Source of the DNA: Eledone cirrhosa
Lineage: Eukaryota
Assembly: GCA_964016885.1 (NCBI GenBank)
Contig: OZ024740.1
Coordinates: 128,526,001 to 128,590,000 of the forward strand
DNA: 64,000 nucleotides
Direction of reading: 5' to 3'
Shown here: one piece after another, positions 28,351-40,655 of the stretch
Layout of the letters: every line of letters begins with the position of its first letter
How positions within the stretch are numbered: the first letter of the stretch is position 1
Made by a program: the position numbers and the translations under genes
Notes under the pieces: model-generated
The model's database searches: none
Told to the model about the DNA's origin: nothing
Seen by the model: only the letters and a program-made list of their open reading frames with translations

Positions 28351-28768
28351 TATTAGAAAGTGAGGTTTTTTTTACAAAATGAAGAAAACACGAGGTGTCC
28401 TACACGAGTGAAAGTATAAGGAAAAAAGATGAAATCGAAAATGCAACTGGGGTCTTTTTTTTTTAAATATATATTTATTTGGTTCCTTTACCGGTTTCGC
28501 TGTCCTTCTGCTTTTCAAAAGTAGAATTCAGATTGAGGGTTTGTGGTTTTTCTCAAATGTGAGAAAAAGCACAAACCATCCATCTCAATTCTACTTTTGA
28601 AAAGCACTGCAAAAGGACTGCGAAACCGGTAGAGGAACCAAATAAATATATATTAAACAAAAAAGACTCCAGTTGCATTTTAGATTTCATCTTTTTCCCT
28701 TATACTTTCACTCGTGTAGGACACCTCGTTTTTTTTTCATTTTGTAAAAAAACCCTCACTTTCTAATA
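28351..28768. mobile_element. ~420-bp imperfect palindromic insertion in (TA)n, HHR in each arm
   Basis: Arms are reverse complements around ~28557; HHR motifs at 28486-28521 (-) and 28594-28634 (+). Confidence 0.85.
28594..28634 (+). ncRNA. Minimal hammerhead motif with U3:A8 core
   Basis: CTT-TTGAAAA-GCActgc aaaa ggacTGC-GAAA-CCGG-TA-GAG. Confidence 0.6.
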
Positions 28769-28800
28769 TACATTTATATATATTGTATATATATATATAT

Positions 28801-28869
<69 letters not shown>

Positions 28870-29812
28870 TACAGTATAATCAAAACTATGTTCAAAACAT
28901 TTTATTGCCGACAATAATTTCTTACAAACTTTCGTTTGGATTCATCGGATCGGAGCACCAGCAAAGTTTAGACATATAATTAACTTCCTATTCCACAGAA
29001 CAATCATATATATACATATATGTATTTATATATATATAATTATATATATGTATATATATATTTATATATATATATATATGTATATATAAAAAAAATATAT
29101 ATATTTATATATATATATATATATATATATGTACATATACATAAATATATGTGTTTGAGTAAATATATATATATAAATGTGATTTACATACCTTACACTT
29201 ATAACATTTTATTCTAAAATTAATCTTCGTGTCTCTGTGAACATGGCTTTAGGTCAGAAGTTTCTTAGTACGTAGAATTTCTCCTAGTGATTCATATTTT
29301 ATTACTAGAGTAAGTTTCCATAATTTTAATAGATTCTAATTATGGTATTCTTATAATTGTTGTTACTTCAATTATTAAGTACTATTAAACTTATAAGTTC
29401 TAGTTGTATTGCTATAACATTATTTAGTGCATTAGTTTGTAAAAGTCAAGGGAAGTAATTTTTAGGCACTGCACGTTATATTTTTATTACTAATAAATTT
29501 TAACTGCGTGTTAAGCTTCCATAAAGTTTTAACACTTTCCCAACTCTATTCTGAATATATTCATGTTTTCAGAATGGAGATGTTCGGACATGTGGTTGGT
29601 AAATAATTATGTTTTTCATGTTGTTTAATAGATTCGAAAGAAATCAATACAGAGGAAAACATGTATTTTATTACTGTATTGATAGAAACATTCGTAAATC
29701 AACTAAATTTCGTGTAATGCTGAATATTTCAATTCTTTATATTTATTTGTCATATATACATATGATTTGTCATATATACATATGATAAAAAAGAGAGAAG
29801 GCATATACAATC

Positions 29813-29843
<31 letters not shown>

Positions 29844-29868
29844 GAAAAAGAGATAGATAGATAGATAA

Positions 29869-29935
<67 letters not shown>

Positions 29936-30475
29936 GATAGAGAGATAGATAGAGAGATAGAGAGAGAGAGGGGGGGTGGGGGGGAGAGTGTGAGAGACAG
30001 AGATGGATAGATAGATATACTCATTTTGGTTTGAATATAACAAATGTGTTGTCATATGTAGAAAAGTTCAATTATTAAATAAAACAATTTAAATAAGATC
30101 TTTCTAGACCAATTTTTCCCAAAGAAAAAAATACGTTTTCTCAGAATAAAGTGATATCTCTTTATGCTACAGAAAAAAGGATAGCATAATTTTAATGATT
30201 AATTGTAATAATTACCCACCTCAAATTATTTTAGAAAGAAGAAATTAGTTTTTGTATGATGAAATTATCTCTACATCATTTAAATTTCCCGTTGTTTAAT
30301 GTCAAACCACGTCGAAAGTCCAGCAATGGATATTAAGAATAAATTAACTTTAAGTGAACTATGATGAAACTGTCTGTTGTTATACATAGTGACATAAACT
30401 GTGACCAAGTAAAGACACGTAAGTGGTTGCTGGGAAAAATCTAATCATTGGCAACATATGGCAAATAACCAGTCA

Positions 30476-30571
30476 GTCAAAGCTGATTTTTCATAAGATA
30501 TTTGCTTACCGGTCAATAACCAGTCAGTCACTGACCGGTAAGTTAATATCTTATCAAAATTAAGCTTTGAC
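30476..30571. repeat. Imperfect inverted repeat (~40-bp arms)
   Basis: GTCAAAGCT..ATAAGATAT..CTTACCGGTCA / TGACCGGTAAG..ATATCTTAT..AGCTTTGAC. Confidence 0.7.
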
Positions 30572-31310
30572 ACCCTATATGTAATTAATGATTTATTTAC
30601 TACTTAGATATTGAATCAAATTCATAGCGTGTTGCAATAGTGTTCGTTGATTGGATGAGATATTATACCAGACAACACGTACATCTATTTGAACTACTTC
30701 ATGTAACATATATAGAGAATAATCCGGTGTCTGGATATTTTGTACCCAGGTCTAGCGCTAAAATATATGTTTAATCTATTTATAAAAAATGTATTAAACT
30801 GTGATATCTTAAGTTTCAATAATTCGTCTTTCAGAGTTCTCATCATTTGATGACTGCTTAATTAGCCTTAAAAGTTATACGGGATCTGTATATAGGATAT
30901 AACATATAGTTCACCTAGCTAGTGTACACTCCACTTTAAATCATTTTACATCTGAGGTCTTCCATATCTCTATTATTTTGTTTAAACAAACAAATAAAAA
31001 TCATACATGAGACAAGAAAACAGAAGTAGGCTCACACTGACTATAAATCCATTTACACCAGGGGTGTTCACAAATCGGAAGCCGGTACATATCTTGTCAG
31101 GCATAATTTCCCTAAGAATTCCTGTAAAATGACACATGTCTGTGGAATATTCAGATACTTGCACATAAATTTAATCATGAGGGTTGAACAGCTGGACCGC
31201 TCACTTCGGAAACCGAAGGGTTTGTGAAATCCATATAACAAATTCATTTTTAAAAGGTATGCAAGCCACAAAACTCATCTCATAAGTATATAGTAGTATA
31301 TATATATACT

Positions 31311-31334
<24 letters not shown>

Positions 31335-31341
<7 letters not shown>

Positions 31342-31770
31342 TGGTAAACGGAAGAGAAAATGCTGACAAATTGTTCACAGTTGAAAAATGGTTTAATTAG
31401 GAATAAAAGAGTATTAGTGATTGTATGGGTTAGTATTCAGTTGTGGTTTAAAGTTTTTAAGTTTTTACCGGTTGCGCATTTCTAAATGCTTTTCAAAAAT
31501 AATTTTGAGATAGAGTGTCCGTGCTGTTTGCTCTGATCAGAGCAAACAGCACGGACACTCTATCTCAAAATTATTTTTGAAAAGCATTTAGAAATGCGCA
31601 ACCGGTAAAAACTTAAAAACTTTAAACCACAACTGAATACTAACCCATACAATCACTAATACTCTTTTATTCCTAATTAAACCATTTTTCAACTGTGAAC
31701 AATTTGTCAGCATTTTCTCTTCCGTTTACCAATATATAATAACTTGTGTGTTACACCTCTATTCTTTTAA
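31335..31770 (+). mobile_element. Family B element: ~404-bp spacerless palindrome plus 32-bp tail
   Basis: Axis between 31536 and 31537 (TGA|TCA); no arm mismatch noticed; tail TAACTTGTGTGTTACACCTCTATTCTTTTAA. Confidence 0.9.
31574..31610 (+). ncRNA. Minimal hammerhead motif, U3:A8 core, GAAA mutated to GCAA (mirror copy 31463-31499)
   Basis: TTT-TTGAAAA-GCATTT ag AAATGC-GCAA-CCGG-TA-AAA. Confidence 0.55.
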
Positions 31771-31895
31771 CTATATATATATATATATATATAAGAGTGA
31801 ATGAAGTAATTCCGTCGGAAAAGTCCAGGAAAAAAGAGTGCTCTATGTAGGTAACAGAGATTAATAGTTATGTAATAAACAACATAAGGCAATTA

Positions 31896-31955
31896 TTTCA
31901 TTTACCAGTGGTTTCTTAAAAGCAAAAATAGTTGCTTTCAATCATCAGAATGAAA
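31896..31955 (-). ncRNA. Type I hammerhead ribozyme motif
   Basis: TTTCATT-CTGATGA-TTGAAAGCAA ctattt TTGCTTTTAA-GAAA-CCACTGG-TA-AATGAAA; 7-bp stem I, 10-bp stem II. Confidence 0.85.
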
Positions 31956-32065
31956 GAATCCTGGCGTATTTATTGACGTTGGATTTTAAAAACAAAAATG
32001 CAATCTATATGAAAGTGAGGCTGTAAAAGGAAGAAGGAAAGAAAAAATAAAATAAAAACACACAT

Positions 32066-32110
<45 letters not shown>

Positions 32111-32911
32111 TATATACATACACACATATATATATATATATATATATACATACACACATACATACACACACATATACACACACACATACATATATATATG
32201 TGTATATATATATACATACACATACATATAGACATACATACACACATAAATATCACCATATCCATACATACACATACATATATACAACCACACACACATA
32301 TATATATATACATACTCATACATATACATACACACATAGATATACATACATACATACACACAATCATACGTATATAAACACGTACATACACATACATACA
32401 CACATATATACACGCATACATACGCATGCACAAAATAGAAATATATACACACACCTCTACATACTCACTCACACAAACAAATATAAGAAAAAATATATAA
32501 TAATAAAAAAACATAAAAATGAATATAAAGACTATTATAATGTTGACAGCGATACAGGCAACAAATAAATGAACAAACACACGTGGTAAGCAATACACAC
32601 AAATGCACGTACACATACTTACGTAAAAATAAATACATACACACACTCTCACATATATATACATATACAAATACATAAACACATACATACGCATACACAA
32701 ATACATACACACACACACACACATATACATATATACACACACACACACACACATATACATATATATATACACATACATACATAACCATACAAATATACAC
32801 ATACATATACATACAAACCACAAACACGTACATACAAATACAAACACACATATATATATGTGTGTAAAACTCATTCTTAGATAATTCATATGAACCTTAT
32901 TTAACTCTAAA

Positions 32912-32972
<61 letters not shown>

Positions 32973-33471
32973 CACACATATACACATACATACATACTCA
33001 CATACACATATATACCTACACACACATATATACATACACATACGTATGCATACGTACATACACACACACACACATGCATATATAACTCAATATATATATA
33101 TATATATATATATGAGAAAGAACAATTATTATATATATATATAAAAAATAAATATTGTATATATAAAAAAAATATTGTATATATAAAAATAAAAATTAAA
33201 ATGAAAATAAAAAGTTGGGAATATGACAAATAATAAATAAAAAAATATATATTTAGAAAAGGGTATAAAAGCTTATAACAGCTTTAGAGCACTCAACAAG
33301 TTTCTGGAGTAAAAGATCAATGAAAAAAATAATCATTAAATCACTATATGTAATGATGCATATACATACACCCTTATACATACATACATATACACACACA
33401 TATACACATATATATACATACACATACACACAAAAACACAACCACAGAAATACATACACACATACAATTAC

Positions 33472-33518
<47 letters not shown>

Positions 33519-33530
33519 CACACACACATA

Positions 33531-33577
33531 GGAAAAAGTCTGACCCCACGGCAGAGCTCAAGCCTTTTCTGAGGCTA
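33531..33577. mobile_element. Family A fragment
   Basis: GGAAAAAGTCTGACCCCACGGCAGAGCTCAAGCC. Confidence 0.6.
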
Positions 33578-33699
33578 TTATATATATACACGCAAAACCA
33601 TTATATAAAAAAATAATAATACATATACACGCACAAATATACACACGCCCATACACACACATTAAATCTATATATACACACATACATACATACACATAT

Positions 33700-33804
<105 letters not shown>

Positions 33805-33989
33805 TATACACACATACATACATACATATAAATATATACGCACACGCGCACAAATACAACAGGAATATATAATATATACGATTATATATACATATACAAT
33901 TACATACAGATAGATATAAACATACATACACACACATATATACATACACATATCCATATACACACACATATACATACACACATATATAT

Positions 33990-34025
<36 letters not shown>

Positions 34026-34031
<6 letters not shown>

Positions 34032-34395
34032 AAGTAAGTCCTTCATCAGTGACCCTCCAACCGTCCCAGGCATTTCATCGCTTTAAGGGCCATATACCTC
34101 AGGTTGGTGCGAACAACGGCTAAAAAAAGTCGTTGGGACACGTAAATAAAGGGGACGTTAGGGTGAACAAACAAAATGGTTTAAGCAACGGAAAGTGAGA
34201 AGAAAGAGACAAGTCCCAGATTTCTATGAATATAAACTCGGTTAAATCGTGAACAAGAGACAAAAGACCATCAAACCTGGTTGAAATGTGAGCAAGAAAG
34301 GAATTTCGCACAGGTCTAACGGGGGGAAGAAGAAGGGGTCTGGTCTGCGAATTCGGTAAACACAAGTTCTGTGAAGTCGCAGACGAGAGAGAGAG
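34026..34395 (-). mobile_element. Family C inverted arm
   Basis: Reverse complement of ~34808-35178. Confidence 0.9.
34038..34139 (-). ncRNA. Rearranged hammerhead motif, family C
   Basis: Mirror of 35065-35166. Confidence 0.7.
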
Positions 34396-34398
34396 AGA

Positions 34399-35212
34399 GC
34401 GATGAAATGCCTGGGACGGTTGGAGGGTCACTGATGAAGGACTTACTTTTTCATATGTATCCCATTTACAACGCGCAGCTCCATTATTATCATATTTACA
34501 CATATTTTCTCTTCTGCTGCCACCCGTCTGTTTCGTTCTTTGTATCTTTACCCTTTCTAGCAGTCTCTCTCTCTGTTAGCCTCCTCCTCAACTTTCACTC
34601 ACTCATTCTCTGTCACTACCTCTCCTCCTCCTCCTCCTCCTCCTCCTCCTCCTCCTCCTCCTCCTCCTCCTCCTCCTCCTCCTCCTCCTCCTCCTCCTCC
34701 TCCTCCTCCTCCTCCTCCTCCTCTTTCCTCCTCTTTCTTCCCGCTTGACCTTTCCGATTTCTTTTATCGCGCGTTCTTGGTCAAGCCGGTATGAATTTTT
34801 TTTTCTCTCTCTCTCTCTCGTCTGCGACTTCACAGAACTTATGTTTACCGAATTCGCAGACCAGACCCCTTCTTCTTCCCCCCGTTAGACCTGTGCGAAA
34901 TTCCTTCCTTGCTCACATTTCAACCAGGTTTGATGGTCTTTTGTCTCTTGTTCACGATTTCATCGAGTTTATATTCATAGAAATCTGGGACTTGTCTCTT
35001 TCTTCTCACTTTCCGTTGCTTAAACCATTTTGTTTGTTCACCCTAACGTCCCCTTTATTCACGTGTCCCAACGACTTTTTTTAGCTGTTGTTCGCACCAA
35101 CCTGAGGTATATGGCCCTTAAAGCGATGAAATGCCTGGGACGGTTGGAGGGTCACTGATGAAGGACTTACTTTTTCATATGTATCCCATTTGCAACGCGC
35201 AGCTCCATTATT

Positions 35213-35218
<6 letters not shown>
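34399..35218 (+). mobile_element. Family C non-coding element, ~724-bp monomer with ~95-bp terminal direct repeat
   Basis: 34399-34494 repeated at 35123-35218; internal (CTC)n; no credible ORF. Confidence 0.85.
35065..35166 (+). ncRNA. Rearranged hammerhead motif, family C; predicted cleavage after A35111
   Basis: GTCC-hairpin-TCGC-CCAAC-AGGTA-TA-TGGCCCT..GCGA-T-GAAA-TGCCT..GTTGG-AGGGTCA-CTGATGA-A-GGAC. Confidence 0.7.
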
Positions 35219-35265
<47 letters not shown>

Positions 35266-35271
35266 CGAGCG

Positions 35272-35626
35272 ATGTGTTGGCATGACCCAGGACAGGTTTA
35301 AAACCAGGTTTTATGCACATGTCGCTTCTTTTAAGCACTCCGATAAACGAACAACAACGGCCCTCGCAAGTAAGGTGTGGAGATTCAAGGATAATACCAT
35401 CCCGTACTCTATCGATTGGTCTATTTTAGACCATTCGAGGGAGTACCAAAGGGGCACAAAGAATTGTTCTTTGCGTACCACAGAAAAGTATAGGATTTTG
35501 CTAAACTTGAAAGCCACTTCTGCTTGCCTGAACTCAAAGACCGAGATCTTCAGATGTTGTCCTCATCTGAAATCACATCTGATCTGTAACTGGATTGACA
35601 TTCCTATGATAATTCAACCACCTTGA
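35272..35626 (+). pseudogene. PLE GIY-YIG endonuclease C-terminal fragment
   Basis: VGMTQDRFKTRFYAH..SF..TALASKVW..W.IL..Y..CSLRTTEK..I..LNSKTEI..CPH. Confidence 0.85.
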
Positions 35627-35870
35627 ACTCCTTTCCTGCTCTTTACTTCCACTACGGTTTTTTTACCTGCCGAATCCACGTTCTGTACTCTCGTATTCTC
35701 TTTCTCCCTTATCTCCCCTTATATTTAAACCTTTTCCTATGTCATTTATTTCCCACTCTTTTTCCCCCCTATTTTTTTGCCTTACCCTTCACATACCAAC
35801 CTTTTTTTATTTTTAGATATTAATTTTTTTGTGTTGCGTATATGTATGTATGTGTGTAAATATGTATATG

Positions 35871-35943
<73 letters not shown>

Positions 35944-36080
35944 ATGTATATGTGTGTGTATATGGATATGTGTATGTATATATGTGTGTGTATGTATGTT
36001 TATATTTATGTATGTACGTATGCATACACATGTGTATGTATATATGTGTGTGTAGGTATATATGTGTATGTGAGTATGTA

Positions 36081-36135
<55 letters not shown>

Positions 36136-36276
36136 TTTAGAGTTAAATAAGGTTCATATGAATTATCTAAGAATGAGTTTTACACACATATATATATGTG
36201 TGTGTTTGTATTTGTATGTACGTGTTTGTGATATGTATGTATATGTATGTGTATATTTGTATGGATATGTATGTAT

Positions 36277-36348
<72 letters not shown>

Positions 36349-37148
36349 ATGTATGTGTGTGTATATATGTATATGTGTGTGTGTGTGTATGTATGTATGT
36401 ATTTGTGTATGCGTATGTATGTGTTTATGTATTTGTATATGTATATATATGTGTGAGAGTGTGTATGTATTTATTTTTACGTATGTATGTGTACGTGCAT
36501 TTATGTGTATTGCTTACCACGTGTGTTTGTTCATGCATTTGTTGCCTGTATCGCTGTCAACATTATAATATTCTTTATATTCATTTTTATGTTTTTTATT
36601 ATTATATATTTTTTCTTATATTTGTTTGTGTGTGTGAGTATGTAGAGGTGTGTGTATATATTTCTATTTTTGTGCATGCGTATGTATGCGTGTATATTTG
36701 TGTGTATGTATGTGTATGTATGTACGTGTGTATATACGTATAATTGTGTATGTGTATGTATGTATGTATATGTATGTATGTATATGTATGTGTATGTGTA
36801 TATATCTCTCTCTATATATATATATGTATATGTGTGTGTGGTTGTATATATGTATGTGTAGGTATGGATATGTTGATATTTATGTGTGTATGTATGTGTA
36901 TATGTATCTGTATGTATATATATACACATATATATATGTGTGTGTGTGAGTGTATATGTGTGTGTGTATGTATGTGTGTATGTATATATATATATATATA
37001 TATGTATATAATTGTGTGTGTGTGTGTGAGTTTGCATGTGTGTTTTTATTTAATTTTTCTTTGCTTCTTCCTTTTCCAGCCTCACTTTCATATAGATTGC
37101 ATTTTTGTTTTTAAAATCCAACGTCAATCAATAAATACGCCAGGTTTC

Positions 37149-37209
37149 TTTCATTCTGATGATTGAAAACAAACTTTTTTTGCTTTTAAGAAACCACTGG
37201 TAAATGAAA
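37149..37209 (+). ncRNA. Type I hammerhead ribozyme motif
   Basis: TTTCATT-CTGATGA-stem II-GAAA-CCACTGG-TA-AATGAAA. Confidence 0.8.
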
Positions 37210-37234
37210 TAATTGCCTTATGTTGTTTATTACA

Positions 37235-37285
<51 letters not shown>

Positions 37286-37290
37286 TCACG

Positions 37291-37368
<78 letters not shown>

Positions 37369-37489
37369 GAGGACCTTTTCTTATTTAATTATGACCACTA
37401 ACACTACCAACACAACTGTTAACACCACTGTCAGCATGACCGCTATTGCTACCCTGGCTAATTTTGCACCATAAAGAAAGATACTACCA

Positions 37490-37563
<74 letters not shown>

Positions 37564-37978
37564 TACTACTACCACTCCTGCTGCTGCTGCTGCTGCTGCT
37601 GCCACTACTACTACTACTAATACTACTACTTAGTTAAAACTATTTTGCCCGATAGAAATTACACGCTGCATTCACTTCGCCAATTCAAGTTTCAGCAATG
37701 CTGCAAATTTAACTCGCATCTCTCATATCGATTTCTTTATTGGGGTCATTGGATAGCTAAATTTTCCTTCTTCAAAATTGAATTATCCAGAAATATAGTT
37801 AATCAGTTGAAGTTAAAACCTATAAGTCATTTATTCTCGTTGCAAACAGAATATTATATATTCTTCGTTTGCAAATAGACGAAACTACGTGACTATAATA
37901 TGACGCTAAATCTTAATTTCATTTCTCCACTTATTTCTTCTCTTTTGCTTATTTTCTTATTTACTATCAATATTGACA

Positions 37979-38057
<79 letters not shown>

Positions 38058-38849
38058 TTCTTGGAGTCTTAGTCATTGATGTTATTATCATTACTGATAA
38101 TAGCAATAATATTATTCTTATTCTTACTAGTGTCATTATTATTGATGTTTGTTTTGTTGTATTTGATGTATGTTTATTTTGCTCTGTTGTCTCTTAGATA
38201 ATAATAGCTATCGTTATTAATTATTTGCAAAGGGCTGAGGTCAGAGTTTGTTTTGTTTTCTCTTCCAGCGTAAAGTGGAAGGTGAGGCTAGAAAGAAACA
38301 TTCTGGCCTCGAATAAATTTTACAAAAATATGTGTGAATACATCTAGATTATGTGAGAATGGTTCAAACCTCCATTTTCTATTACAAGTTGTGTAGATAA
38401 AGATTATCAAGCCAATAAACATATGACAACCACATCTACAGGATATCCAAATTCTTCCTGAATGGCCGTCTTGGCTTGTTGCTAGGATATAATTTATTTG
38501 TTATTTAACTCCTAATGATGAAAAACCTTTCAGCCATGATCATCTCGTCTTTTTTTATACAAGGCACCATCAAACATCCTTCTTTTCTCTTTTTACATAA
38601 ACGGAAATTTTACTCTTATTACTAGTAAATTGAGCTAGCACATCTATCGTCTTTTGTTGACTTGAGTTTGATACCTTCATGTGTGAGTTTGGAGCTACAT
38701 AGTTGTGTATATATTTGTTTATGCACGAGAATCTGTGTGTATTTGGGGTAGAGTTGAATTTAGAGTATTGTCAGAATCACATTGAACATAATTATTATAT
38801 AAGTGCATTTGCCCTATTATAGGAATATAATAATATCAATATTGTTGTT

Positions 38850-39061
38850 AATTTTGCCTTTCATCCTTACGAGATCGATAAAATAATGTACCAGTAATGT
38901 GCTGGGGTCGATTAAATGGACTTTCTCCTACCCTCCAATTGTTGGCCTTGTGCCTAAACCATTATTACTGTTGTTATATGGAGCAGTGAATTGGCAGTAA
39001 CGGTCGAACATTGGACAACGTTCTTTGCAGCATATAGTTACGACCTTTTATTTTCTGAGTT
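38850..39061 (+). mobile_element. SINE family 1 pieces (3' half followed by 5' half)
   Basis: GCCTTTCATCCTTACGAGATCGATAAAA..GGCCTTGTGCCTAA, then GAATTGGCAGTAACGG..TTCTGAGTT. Confidence 0.65.
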
Positions 39062-40139
39062 TTTGTGAGCTGGTTAGTTTATCTCTACTTGTAGCTATTA
39101 GGGGCTAAACATGTGTTTTGCTTACCAGATACTCTCTGTAGATTTGATTGGAACTTAGATGGCAGGCAAAATCTTGCGTTCGATATAAGGAATATACGTT
39201 TGTACAGGACAATGATAGTAACAGCAGCAACAAAAAGAACAACAGTAGCACCAGTAGCAACAGAAACTATACCAACAGCAACGAAAACATTAAATCACTT
39301 GCAACCAGGAGCTATGAATGAATATGATTTTTTAACACTTCCAAACTCTGCTGCTATAAACATAAGCACACCACCGCCACAGCTGTGAGAGCAGTCAAGA
39401 CAAACACCACTAACATCACAATCAACACCACTCCCACCACTGGAACAATTGAAAAACAATGACCCTAATCCAGAAAACAGCGATACCACAAATGACAACA
39501 TAAGGAACAATAACAACAGCAATCACGATAACAACAGCAGATGCCAAAGTTATTGAACTGTTTAATATGAACATTGTAGAAAATTACATATGTTTGACCC
39601 AAGCAGACAAACTAATACAAATTGTCTTGGCAACATAAACAATACCATAAACAACAGCAACATAACCACCTTCACGCCAACTAACAACAGGAGGAAACAG
39701 AAGAGATAATGTGAAAAACATCCAGGGGGTCTCTCAACGAAATTCTCCTTCCCTCTCACCGTTAACTCTAAGCACAAACTAACACACAGACATCCCTCAA
39801 ACACAATCACACTCCCACCTACATCCGAGAAATTTCTCACATACTGCGGTACCTCCTCATATCGAAGTGAAAATGTGGAGGGATTCTAAAACAAACAATA
39901 TATAAATGAATAAATAAATAAATAAATAAATAAAAAGGAAATACAAAAAGTCTCGTGCTTCACACCAACACACATACCAGAAGACACAGAAACCACTTCC
40001 ACAACAAATACAGACAGAGCTACAAAAATACAAACCCCAACAAATATACAGACACCTAATTTCGTGCTAATGAGAGAGACCAACGAAAAATTGATGACTT
40101 TCATAGACGACGTCAAGAATGCTTTGTCCTCTTATCTGT

Positions 40140-40655
40140 AGATATTTACTCTCGAACCACTACTGTGGAAGCTGGAACTGTTGCAGGGCATCAGATTCGA
40201 AGACCGAGACAGGGCGCCTGGCATCTGGAATTTTGCCAGTAACTCACAGCCCGCTACCAGTCGCGCAATGCGGAGCAGTGGAAATTCCTCTCTAGAGGTA
40301 TATAGTTGACTAGTTAGAGTGGGTCTGAATGCCGACGTAATCGACCTAACATGTCTGTTTCGATGAACATCCGAGCCGGGAACTATGGACAATATTCAGA
40401 AATTCCCAGTTTGGCAGGGCGACCGGGTGGTACTGCCGATTCAAGATAAACTCTAGATATTAGGTTGGTTTAGGTTCTGTGGAGTTCTTAAGTTATTTCT
40501 AAGCATTACTTACCCCCATCGGGGACTTTTATTTCTAGTAATTCATATTTAATTGTTTCGTAATATTTTTCCTCACATTCTATGTAAATCCTCACTGTCC
40601 CTCTTTTTTCTATTGTCATTTATATTGTGGCCCTAGTGGCCAATAAAGAAATAAT
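40140..40655 (+). mobile_element. Degraded L1/Tx1-like LINE 3' fragment
   Basis: ..GTMDNIQKFPVWQGDRVVLPIQDKL resembles the zinc-finger-adjacent W....LP..DKL motif; ends GTGGCCAATAAAGAAATAATAAT. Confidence 0.5.

Larger units (their letters stand above)
28203..29007. repeat. Outer inverted repeat (28203-28340 / 28865-29007), PLE-type 3' end
   Basis: ATGATTGTTCTGTGGAATAGGAAG..CTGTAATTTA and its reverse complement. Confidence 0.85.
35265..37240 (+). mobile_element. 5'-truncated Penelope-like element: GIY-YIG remnant, microsatellite-rich 3' UTR, HHR
   Basis: Coding remnant 35272-35626, then UTR mirrored at 31865-33990; HHR at 37149. Confidence 0.85.

Noticed and set aside
35155-35161. CTGATGA in family C as a C/D snoRNA box
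   Set aside because: No terminal stem or box D arrangement; the covarying helices place it in a hammerhead core
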